Below are positions 52,301-64,000 of a stretch of DNA of 64,000 nucleotides, in pieces. The position numbers were made by a program, and so were the translations under genes. Source of the DNA: Patellaria atrata CBS 101060 (Eukaryota); the NCBI GenBank assembly GCA_010093705.1, contig MU006105.1:1-64000 (forward strand), given 5' to 3'. The notes under the pieces were generated by a model that had not been told where the DNA came from, made no database searches, and saw only the letters and a program-made list of their open reading frames with translations. Numbering within the stretch: the first letter of the stretch is position 1; every line of letters starts with the position of its first letter.

Positions 52301-55300
52301 ATTAATAATTTTTAATTTTAGATTATTTTAATCTTTTTTAGATTTATCGCTATTCTATTAATATTAATAATAAAGTTAAGGAATTTTATCTTTATTATAT
52401 AAAACTTACTTTTCTTAATATTAGTTTATAGACTAATCTTAACTAGTACTTTTAATATTTTCGCGACGTGAATTTAATATTTTAGTAAATATTTAAAGTA
52501 AATTAATATATTATTAATATATATTATATAAAAGTTATTTAAATATTAGAAAAATATTTTATTAATAAATTATTAAAATAAAATTAAGTTATTATATAAT
52601 TTAAAAAGTAGTATTTTATATTTAAATAATTTATATCTTATTTAAAAGATAATAAGATTTTTAATTAATTTTTTTATTTAAATTTAATAGAATATTTATC
52701 TTATATTAAGTTTTATAAATATCTTTACTTATTAAAGGCGTATTAATATTTCTTTAATTAAGAGTAATAAATATTTATTCTTTTTAATAATATTATTTAG
52801 CTTTTTATAATTAATATAAAATCTTTAACCTCTCTCTAACTTCTTAATAAATAATATTAGAGATATATATAATATTTTATTTAAAATAATAAATCTCTTT
52901 TAAAGATACTCTTTTAGATAATTTTTTATTAGCTATAAATATTTAATAGATATATTATATAAAAAGTTAATAATAAAATTATTATCTTAATTTAATATTA
53001 TATTATAGTTTATACCTTCTTTAAATAATAATAATTTATTAGATATAAATTTTAAGAATATATAAATTAAATAATAATATTTTTTAAATAACTTTTTATA
53101 AATTATTATTCTATAAATATTTTTATTTTTATTTAAAAGATTTTTATCTTTTAAGAGTTAATTTTATATTAAAAAGTTAATTTTATATAAATTTATAATA
53201 TTTATAATAATATCTTTATATTTTATATTTTTTAGATAATTTTCTTTATTAACTAAATAAATATTTATATAAATTTTAGTAATATTAACTCGTTTATTTA
53301 ACTTTAATTTTAACTTTTTAAAGAGTTTTAATATCTCTTTTTTTATTAGATTTAATAGTTCTAATTTTATCTTTTAAAGATTAAAACTAATATTTTTAAT
53401 TTATAAACTCGATTATTTTTATTAAAATAGTTATAATTTTCTTTTTTAGTTAATTAATATTTTCTATTAATTATATTCTCGTTTATCGATAATTTTATTT
53501 TATTATTTTATATCGAATTAATATTATAGATTAATTTAGATTTATAATTTATTCTTTAAAATTATAATATTTTATTATTAGTCTTTAATTATAATAATCT
53601 ATTTTAATTAAATAATTTAATAATATTTATAATTAAATAAGTTATTAATTTTAAAAAATTACTTTTTATCTATAAATATATTATTATAATCTATATTTAT
53701 TATTATAATTAATATTAATTATTTTTATCCTTTAATTATAAGACTTATTTTAAATATTTAATTAATTAATATTACTTTTAAATTATTAAAAATATTAACT
53801 TTAATCTTTTAATTTATCTTTTTAATTTCGATTTTAAGATATTATTTTAGAGCGGGTAATTATCTTTTATTTAATAAAATATATTTTTAAGCTTTAATAT
53901 TAATTAAAATTTTAAATTATATTATAATTCTATTCTTTAAAATTTAATATAATATTATAAATAGCTTTTCTAATATTAAATCGTTAATTAATATTATTAA
54001 TACTTTTATTATTAACTTTAATATAAAGTCTTTATTTAAGATTTTTTATTTTCTAAATTTAATTTTAAATTAAATTTTAAGCTTTAATATTTATCTTTTT
54101 AAATTAACTTTATTTTAATTATTTTCTTTAATTTCTAATATTTTAACGCTTTATATCTAACCTTATTATAGTTAAAGTAATTATTTATAAACTTTTAAAT
54201 AATTATAATTTACTTTATTATTTATAATATTATAAGTAAAGTGATTTCTTTACTCTTTAATTAATATAAAATTCTATTTATTATTATTAAGATAGAAATT
54301 ATTTTAATTAATTTACTATATTTTTAATTTTCTTTATAAATTTTACTAGTTTTATTTAATCTTTTTAATTCTTATATTTATATTATAACTTTATTATAAT
54401 ATTTTTAAAAGCTAATTTTATTATTATTTATAGTTTCTATTATTATTAATCTTAAATTATTATAAAGTTTATTATAAAGTTTCTCTTTCTATTAATTATA
54501 TAATAACTTAATTTAATTAGTTAACTAAATAAATATAAATTAAAATTTTAGAAAGTTTATTAAATAATTTTATCTTAACTTCTTTAATTTATTTTTAACT
54601 TTTAATTATTTATTTAAATTTTTATAAATTTAGTTTAAAAATTTTATTAACTTTATTAAAATTATATTATTCTTTTTTAATTTTAAGAAAAAGTATATAT
54701 ATTTAATTATCTCGCTATTAATTTATATTTTAATATAAATAATTTTTATTCTTTTATCTTAAAACTAATTATTATTAATATAAAGTTTATTATTTATTTT
54801 ACTTTTCTATTTTTTATAAATTAGTTTTTTATTATTAATTAATTTTAATAGATTAAGAAATTTCTTTATTTTATTATTATCTTTACTTTTATAATTTCTA
54901 GTTAAATTAACTATTTTAGCTTAATTATTATAATTATATAATATTAATAGTTTTTTATTATTAAATTTATTATTAAATTAAATATTTTTTTAATTTAATT
55001 TAAATTACTTAATTTATCTCTTTAAATTATTAATCTTATTTTAAAGATATTTTATAGCTTTTTTATTTATTTAATATATTTATAACTTTAATTATAAATT
55101 AAATATTATTTTATTAATAAGATTTACTATTTTTTTAAATTATATCTTTTAAACTATAAACTTTACTTTTATATAAAGATATTTTATTATAAATTAATCT
55201 AGATTTTTAATTATTTATTTCTTTATTTTATCGATTATATTAACGTTTTAATTATTTATAATAATAATATATTTAAAAGGTTTCCTTTTTTTTATTATTC

Positions 55301-56022
55301 TAGAAATTTCTTTTAATAGATTCTATAAATTTACTTTTAAAATATTATTAATAATTTATTAATTAACTACTTTTAATATTAATTTATATTAATATATTTT
55401 TTCTTTTTCTTTTAATTTAATATTACTTTTTATTTCTAAATTTATAGTTAATTTATTACCCGTTTATTTTATTAAAATTATTAAAGATTTAACTATTTTA
55501 TTAAATTTACTATAATATTTATTTTTTTAAGTAATTTATATTTATTAATCTTAATTTCTTTTAAATATTAAGTTATTATTATTATTAATATTAATACTTT
55601 TAAATATTAAATATTTTATTATTAATAAAGCTTAATTATTTATAAATTTCTAATTAATCTAATAATTATTTATTAATTAAACTAATATTATATTTTAATT
55701 AAAATATTATATTATCTTTTTAAAGATTATTAAAGATAAACTTAATCTAGTATAATAATATAATATAATTATAATAATTATATTTTAATTATCTTTATTA
55801 TTAACTATTAAATATAAAGATTAAGTTAAGAAATAATAATATTATAAATCGAATATCTATATATAATAATTTTATTTTATTAAATTTTAACTTAATTATC
55901 TTTTATTTAATTAATTAATATTTAAAGATCTTTTTTATATTTAATTTAATAAAGATTTCTTATAAATAAATTAAATATTTAATATAGAAAATATAGAATT
56001 AATATTATAATATATTATTATA
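49378..56022 (-). mobile_element. Gypsy family A copy 2 (LTRs 49378-49649 and 55751-56022)
   Basis: Two 272-bp LTR relics and TSD TTAAA. It has an internal deletion of roughly 0.35 kb near 50925 relative to copy 1. Confidence 0.88.
50427..50698 (-). mobile_element. Solo LTR of family A inside copy 2
   Basis: 272 bp with TSD TTATA; retains GC words such as CCGCGTCCGACCCGG. Confidence 0.92.
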
Positions 56023-56983
56023 TTAAAAGTATATTCTATTAAATAAAAGATAATTATTTATTTTAAAATAATATCTTAAAATTAAAGTTAAAAAGATAGA
56101 CTAGAAAATTAAAATAAATATTTTTAATAATTTAAAAATAATATTAATTAATTAAATATTTAAGATAAATTTTATAATTAAAAAATAAAAATAGTTAATA
56201 TTAATTATAATAATAAATATAAGCTATAATAATATATTTATAAATAAAAAATAATTTTTTAAAATTAATAATTTACTTAATTATAAATATTATTAGATTA
56301 TTTAGCTAGAATAGACTATTATAATTAAAGATTAATAATAAGATATTATAATTTTAAAAAATAAATTATAAATTTAAACTAATTTATAATATTAATTTAA
56401 TATAAAATAATAAAATAAAATTATTAATAAATAAAAATATAATTAATAAAAAGTATTAATTAATTAAAAAAAGAAATTATAATTATTTTAATAAAAATAA
56501 TTAAGTTTATAAACTAAAAATATTAGCTTTAATTTTTAAAAGATAAAATTAAAACTATTAAATTTAATAAAAAGAAAAATATCGGAACTCTCTAAAAAGT
56601 TAAAATTAAAGTTAAGTAAATAAATTAATAATATTAGAATTTATATAAATATCTATTTAGTTAATAAAGAAAATTATTTAAAGAATATAAAATATAAAAA
56701 TATTATTATAAATATTATAAGTTTATATAATATTAACTTTTTAATATAAAATTAACTTTTAAAAGATAAAAACCCTTTAAATAAAGATAAAAATACTTAT
56801 AAAATAATAATTTATAAAAAGTTATTTAAGAAATATTATTATTTAATCTATATATTCTTAAAATCTATATTTAATAAGTTATTATTATTTAAAGAAAATA
56901 TAGACTATAATATAATACTAAATTAAAATAGTAAATATAATAATATAATATAATTATAATAATTATATTTTAACTATCTTTAT

Positions 56984-59900
56984 TATAATAATATAGTATA
57001 GCTATAATAATCGTATTTTAACTATCTCTATTATTAACTACTAAGTGTAAAGATTAAGTTAAAGAATAATAATATTATAGGCCGAATATCTATATATAAT
57101 AGTCCCGTCTTATTAAGTCTCGGCCTAATTATCTTCTATTTAACTAATTAGCGTTTAGAGATCTTTTCCGCGTTTAACCTAGTAAAAATCTCTTATAAAT
57201 AAATTAAATACTTAGTATAGAAAATACGAGATTAGTATTATAATATATTATTATATTACCCCCTTTCTAATAGTAGAAATCGACCCTAATTTCCGTGATA
57301 ATATTAATAGCGTTTTATAACGCGATTTATTATCTATTTATAATATCTTAAAATCTATATAGGCCCCTTCTTTTTAGTTATATCGTTATTATCGTATAGT
57401 TCTACTTTTATCTCGGATTTAAAGGCCTAGAGCTATTTTTTAAATCGGATTAATAGTCTAACGTTAACTAGTCTCTAATTATAGAATTCTTTAAGCTTAT
57501 ATAATACTCTAATAAAGTTACGAGCCGGATACTATATCTCGTTAAAGTTATATCCAATCTAATTTACTTTATATTATAACTTACCGCGAGAGATACGGCT
57601 TACTAGAATCTTATCTACTTTATATTTAGGCTCGCCGTCTATTTCGATCGGCGGTGGTGGTTCTAGCCGTTATCTAGGTAACAGGTCTATCGGTGCTTTA
57701 CGAAGCCTATTTATATAGAATATATTCGATATCTTTATATTAGTGGGTAAATCGATTATATAAGAATACCTCTTTATTTCTATTATCTTATATAAACTTA
57801 TATTCTAATAGTCTAGTTTAACACTCGGCCTATCTAATATCTAGTCTTTACGTGAGATAAAGATATAATCTTTTAGTCTAAAGTCTAGTTCTCTTTAATA
57901 CTTATTAGCCGACTTTATCTATATTATCTATATTTTTTCTAGGTTATTCCTCGTCTATTTAATAGCGTCGTAGGTGCGTTTCGTGAATAGTTAAGCTTTC
58001 TCTTTACTTATCTTTTCTTAAATTATCTTATATATATTAAGATCTATCCACTCTTACTAGTCGAAATATATTTATAGTTAATAACCGAATTCTAACTTAT
58101 AAGAGGAAATGCCCGTTAATTTATAGATTAATATAGCCTAGATAAAGTCTATTATAGGTAATAACTTTAACTAATTACTTTAGTGATAGTTTATAAAGAG
58201 CCGGAGCTATAAATCTATATACTAGTTAATAATCTTTATATCTCTATTTATCTATAAATAGTAAGTTATAGATAGCTTCTATTTCACTTTCGTTAGTTTA
58301 TAAAGCTTATTTATAAATATAGAAATAAACTATAGACTATAATCTAATATCGCTATCTTTAGTATACTATATATCCGTTATACGTGTTTATAGTATAGCT
58401 TTATAGCTACCTTAACCGAGATATTTTTAGTATAGGGGAGTGAGATCGCTCTCTTTTCTAGTTAATCTACTACTATAAACGCTATTTCGAATCCGTGCGT
58501 GTCCTTAAGAAATAATTTAAAGTTAAAGACGATATATTACTAATATCTATCTCCGATTAGTAATGATTTTAGTAAACTAGAGGTTTTATCTCTTAATATA
58601 TACATTCGACGATAGATATAATAGTTCTAGATATATCTATCTATATTAATTATTAATCTAGATTAGTAATATCGCGTTTAAATTAGTTTTTTCGTCTTCT
58701 TAGTTCCTAGATATTTTATAACTAATGTATTATACACGTCTTATATTAAATACGTTCTAAGATTATCTATATCTAGGACTATAAGTCTATTAAATTTAAT
58801 AAATAAATTATCTTATAATTTCTAGTATCTCTTTTTAACTTTAACTTACTTTTAATATACTAATAAAGAGTTATACTTCCGGTTCGCTTCTAATATTTAA
58901 TCTATTAATAAATATATTACTAGCGGCTCTTATTTCTAATCGAGTTTATTTTAAATATATTACTCTAAATTTATAAATATATCTTTCCTTTCTTTTATCT
59001 TATACCTAACTTCCTTTTCTTTTTTAGTTATAATAGGAATTATAGAGTGGATAAGCGTGGGCCCCGATCTAAAGTTAGGATTAATATATTTCTTTAATAT
59101 ATTATTTCTTCCTTTCGAGGTTTTAGTTACTATAGACCCTTAGTTCTAAGTTTTAGCTCCCTTCGTCCCCTATAAAGACTCGACTATCGCCACTTTAGCT
59201 ACCGCCACCCGGGTCCCGGATCTTAATTTTAGAGTATACTTTTCTACCGCCTTCTCTCTAAAGATTATACGTTTTTTACTACTCTAAGATATCTTTTTAG
59301 ATAGTAATTATTATTTTATTAAGAGCCGAAGAGATATTATTATTATATTTAGATTAATTAATATTTAAATCTATATTATAATATCTTTATCTTTCGTTAT
59401 TTTTAGATCTTCTTATTTATAGGAGAATATATCTATTACGACGTTTTAGGCTCTAGGCCGATATATAATTTAGAAGTAGAAATTAGAGAGAGTTTCACTT
59501 TATTAGATTTATCTAATATTAAGTAACTATTTTATAGTAAAGTATTCTAATACTCTATAATTAGTGATTATAATAAAAGGAACTTACTATAACTCTATTA
59601 ATATATTTCTTTACTCGACTAGTACTTTTACTACGGCTAGTATTTTCTTATCGTGGATTTTATATCTTAGTTTTATCTTCGATAATATTTTAATTTAGAA
59701 GGTAACTAGCCTCTAGATATATCTATAAAGCTATAATATAACTATTATAATAACCCCGTTATTATAGTCGGACTCGACTTTCGTCTTAAGTAGAGAATTA
59801 TAGTGCGTTAATACTTAATTTAATAGAATTAACTTTTTTACTTTCTTAAATATCTTTTCTTCTTTCTACTTAAGTGGTTTCTAAACCCCTTTTTATATCT

Positions 59901-62900
59901 ATATCGTTAATAGTCGTATAACTTATCCAAATTTCTCTAGGAACTTCCGGTAGAAGTTATAGAATTTATTAAATAATAAGATCTCTTTTATATTTATTAA
60001 TAACTTCTAGTTTTAGACTATTTTAGTCTTTTCTAGATTTATCGCTATTCCGTCGGTATTAATAATAAAGCTAAGGAACTTCGTCTTTATTACGTGGAAC
60101 TCGCTTTTCTTAATATCGGTTTATAGGCCGGTCTTAGTTAATACTTCTAACACTTTCGCGACGTGAGTTTAGTGCTTTAGTGAGCACTTAGAGTAGATTA
60201 GTATATTATTAATATATACTATATAAAAGTTATTTAAGTATTAGAAGAGCGCCTTATTAATAAATTATTAGAATAAGGTTAGATTATTATATAATCTAAA
60301 AAGTAGTATCTTATACTTAAATAATCTATATCTCGTTTAGAAGATAATAAGATCTTTAGCTAACTTCTTTATCTAGATTTAATAGAATACTTATCTTACG
60401 TTAAGTTTCGTAAATATCTTTACTCGTTAAAGACGCGCTAATATTTCTTCGATTAAGGGTAACGAATACTTATTCTTCTTAGTAATACTATTTAGCTTTC
60501 TATAGTTAATATAAAATCTTTAACCTCTCTCTAGCTTCTTAGCGAATAATATTAAAAACGCGTATAATATCTTATTTAGAATAATAAACTTTTTCTAAAG
60601 ATATTTCTTTAGATAGTCTTTTACTAACTATAAATATTCGATAAATATATTATATAAGAGGCTAGTAGTAAGATTACTATCTTAATCTAGTACTATATTA
60701 TAGTCTATATCTTCTTTAAGCGGTAGTAGTTTATTAGATATAGATTTCGAGAATATATAGGCTAAATAATAGTATTTCTTAGATAACTTTTCGTAGATTA
60801 TCGCTTTATAAATGTCTTTATCTTTATTTAAAAGGTTTTTATCTTCTAAGAGTCGATTTTATATTAAAAAGTTAATCTTATATAGACTTATAGTATCTAT
60901 AATAATATTTTTACGTTTTATATTCCTTAGGTAGTTTTCTCCGCTAATTAAGTAGATATTTATATAAATCCCGGTAATATTAACCCGTTTACTTAACTTT
61001 AACTTTAGCTTTTTAGAGAGTTCCGGTATCTCTTATTTTATTAGGTTCGATAGTTCTAATTTTATTTTTCGAAAATCGGAGTCGATATTTTTAATTTATA
61101 AACTCGATTACTTCTATTAGAATAGTTATAGTTTTCTTCTCTAATTAACTAATACTTTCTATCGATTACGTTTTTATTTATTAATAGCTTTATCTCGTTA
61201 TTCTATATCGAATTAGTGCTATAAATTAGTTTAAGTTTATAGCTTACTCTTTAAAATCACGATATTTCGTTACTAGTCTTTAATTATAGTAGCCTATTCT
61301 AGCTAAATAATCCGATAATATTTATAATTAGATAGATTACTAGTTTTAGAGAATTACTTTTTACCTATAAATATATTATTATAGTCTATATCTATTACTA
61401 TAATTAGTGTTAGCTATCTTTATCCTCTAATTACGAGGCTCGTCTCGAGTACTTAGTTAATTAATACTACCTTCGAATTATTAAAAATATTAACTTCGAT
61501 CTCCTAGTCTATCTTTCTAACTTCGATTCCGAGGCGTTATTTTAGAGCGGGTAGCTATCTCTTATTTAATAAAGTATACCTTTAAGCTTTAGTGTTAATT
61601 AGGGCCCTAAGCTATATTACGATTCTATTCTTCGAGATTTAGCACGGTATTATAAATAGCTTTTCTAATACCGGATCGTTAATTAATATTACTAATACTC
61701 TTATTATTAGCCCTAATATAGAGTCTTTATTTAAGGTTTCTCGTTTTCTAAATTTAATCTTAAATTAGACTTTAAACTCTAATACTCGTCTTTTTAGACT
61801 AATTTTACTTTAATTATCTTCTTTAGTCCCCGATATTCTAACGCTCTATATCCGGCCTTACTATAGTTAAAGTAGTTACCTATAAACTTTCGAATAGTTA
61901 TAGTCTACTCCGTTACTTATAGTATTATAGATAAAGTAGTTCCTCTACTCTTTAATTAATATAAAGTTCTATTTATTATTATTAAGATAGAAGTTATTCT
62001 AGTCGGTTTATCACGCTTTTAACTCTCTCTATAAACCTTATTAGCTTTATCTAACCTTTCTAACTCTTATACTTATATTATAACTTTATTATAGTACTTC
62101 TAGAAGCTAATTTTATTATTATCTACGGCTTCTACTATTATTAGCCTTAAACTATCGTAGAGTCTATTATAGAGTTTCTCTTTCTATTAGTCGCGTGATA
62201 ACCTAGCTTTATTAGCTAGCCGGATAAATATAAACTAGAACTTCGGAAAGTCCGCTAAATAATTTTATCTTAACTTCTTTAGTTTATCTTTAACTTTTAG
62301 TCGTCTATTTAAGTCTTTATAAATTTAATTTAGGAATCTTATTAGCCTTATTAAGATTATATCGCCCTCCTCTAATTTTAAGAAAGAGTATATATATTTA
62401 GCTATCTCGCTACTAATCTATATCTTAATATAGGTAATCTTTACCCTTTTATCTTAGAACTAGTCGCTATTAATATAAAGCTTATTATTTATCTTACTCT
62501 TCTATTTTTTATAGATTAGCTTCTTACTATCGGTTAATTCTAATAAATCGGGGAACTTCTTTATCTTATCGTCGCCTTTACTTTTAAAGCTTCCGGTTAA
62601 GTCAACTATTTTAACTCGGTCGTTATAATTATATAGTGCTAATAGTTCTTCGTTATTAAATTTATCGTCGAACCGGATACTCTTTTAATTTAGTTTAAAC
62701 TATTTAGTCTATCTCTTTAAGTTATCGATCTCGTCTTAAAGGCGTTTTATAGCTTTAGCTATAAGTTAGGCGTTATCTTATTAATAAGGTTTATTATCTT
62801 TCCGAGTTATATCTCTCGAGCTATAAGCTTCGCTCTCGTATAAAGATACTTTATTACGAATTAGTCTAGGTTTTTAGCTATCTATTCCTTCGCTCTATCG

Positions 62901-63966
62901 ATTATATCGGCGTTTTAATCGTCTATAATAGCGGTATATTTAAAAGGCTTCTCTTTTTCTATTATTTCGAGGATTCCTTTTAGTAGATTCTATAAATCCG
63001 CTTCTAGAATATCGTCGGTAATTTACTAGTTAACCACTTTTAACGTTAATCTATATTAGTATATTTTTCCTTTTCCTTTTAATCCGGTGCTATTCTCTAC
63101 TTCTAGATCTATAGTTAGCTTATTACTATAATAACGTGTTATAATACTAATCCCGTATTTTCTATACTAAGTGTTTAGTTTATTTATAAAAGATCTTTAC
63201 CGGGTCGGACGCGGAAAAGATCTCTAAGCGCTGATTAGTTAAACGGAAGATAGTCGGGCCGAGGCTTAATAAGGCGGGACTATTATATACGGATATTCGG
63301 CCCACGATATTATTATTCCTTAACTTAATCTCTACACTTAGTAGTTAGTAATAGAGATAATTAAAATATAATTACTATAGCTATACTATATTATTATAAT
63401 TATCTATCTATTTTATTAAGATTATTAAAGGTTTAACTATTTTATTTAATTTACTATAATATTTACTTCTTTAAGTAATTTATATTCGTTAGTTCTAATC
63501 TCTTTTAAGTACTAGATTATCGTTATTATTAGCGTTAATACTTTTAGACACTAAATATCTTATTACTAGTAGAGCTTAGCTACTTATAGATCCCTAATTA
63601 GTTCGATAATTATTCGTTAGCTAGACTAATATTATACTCTAGTTAAAATATTATATCGCCTTTCTAGAGACTATTAAAGGTGAACTTAATCTAGTATAAT
63701 AATATAATATAGCTATAGTAATTATATTTTAACTATCTTTATTATTAACTACTAAGTATAGAGATTAAGTTAAGAAATAATAATATTATAGGCCGAATAT
63801 TTATATATAATAGTCCCGTCTTATTAAGCCTTAGCTTAACTATCTTCTATTTAATTAATTAGCGCTTAGAGATCTTTTCTACGTCCGATTCGGTAAAGAT
63901 CTCTTATAAATAAACTAAACACTTAATATAGAAAATACGGGATTAGTATTATAACACGTCGTTATA
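56984..63966 (-). mobile_element. Gypsy family A copy 1, full length (LTRs 56984-57255 and 63695-63966), inserted into an older LTR (56936-56983 and 63972 onward)
   Basis: 272-bp LTRs, PPT relic TTACCCCC at 57256 and TSD TTTAT. 57256-57540 is the RIPed reverse complement of nt 1-287. Confidence 0.92.
63127..63398 (+). mobile_element. Solo LTR of family A inside copy 1
   Basis: 272 bp and close to 288-559, with TSD ATTAC/ATTAT. The empty site is visible in copy 2 near 55455. Confidence 0.93.
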
Positions 63967-64000
63967 TTTATTACTAATTATTAAGTATAGAGATTAAATT

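Larger units (their letters stand above)
47238..56935 (+). mobile_element. Gypsy family A copy 3 (5' LTR 47238-47515), interrupted by copy 2 at 49378-56022 and by another LTR at 56936
   Basis: Plus-strand LTR relic followed by a PBS relic (TTAGATTAAATT). The internal sequence is the reverse complement of copies 1 and 2 and resumes in register at 56028. Confidence 0.8.
37600..64000. repeat. AT-rich RIP-degraded transposon block (probable heterochromatin)
   Basis: No ORFs, extreme TpA excess and very few G/C. Differences from the intact cognates in this window are nearly all C>T or G>A. Confidence 0.97.

Noticed and set aside
37700..64000. Organellar DNA, AT-rich contaminant or satellite/CRISPR-like array
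   Set aside because: Most of the block resolves into C>T/G>A-mutated copies of transposons present intact in this window; the recurring units are LTRs, not repeat-spacer arrays.

Overview
Genomic DNA from a filamentous ascomycete (Pezizomycotina-type GT-AG introns, strong repeat-induced point mutation, RIP), in two compartments. About 1.9-37.6 kb is gene-rich: ARV1, VMA9, a STEEP1-like gene, HNT2, a DUF1989 gene, a bacterial-looking nucleoside hydrolase, GVP36, a BYS1-like secreted protein, a copper amine oxidase, an MFS transporter, UFE1, three damaged genes and an intact Fot1/Pogo transposon. 1-1.9 kb is the edge of a nested Gypsy retrotransposon cluster. About 37.6-64 kb is an AT-rich, RIP-degraded block. 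It can be decoded by eye into four nested copies and two solo LTRs of the same chromoviral Gypsy family seen almost unmutated at 1-559, plus a RIP-destroyed, collinear twin of the intact Fot1. A 5S rRNA-like gene whose 5' end no longer pairs sits exactly at the compartment boundary. Both Gypsy families have primer-binding sites complementary to their own LTRs (Tf1-type self-priming). All calls come from manual reading and motif recognition; no searches were run.
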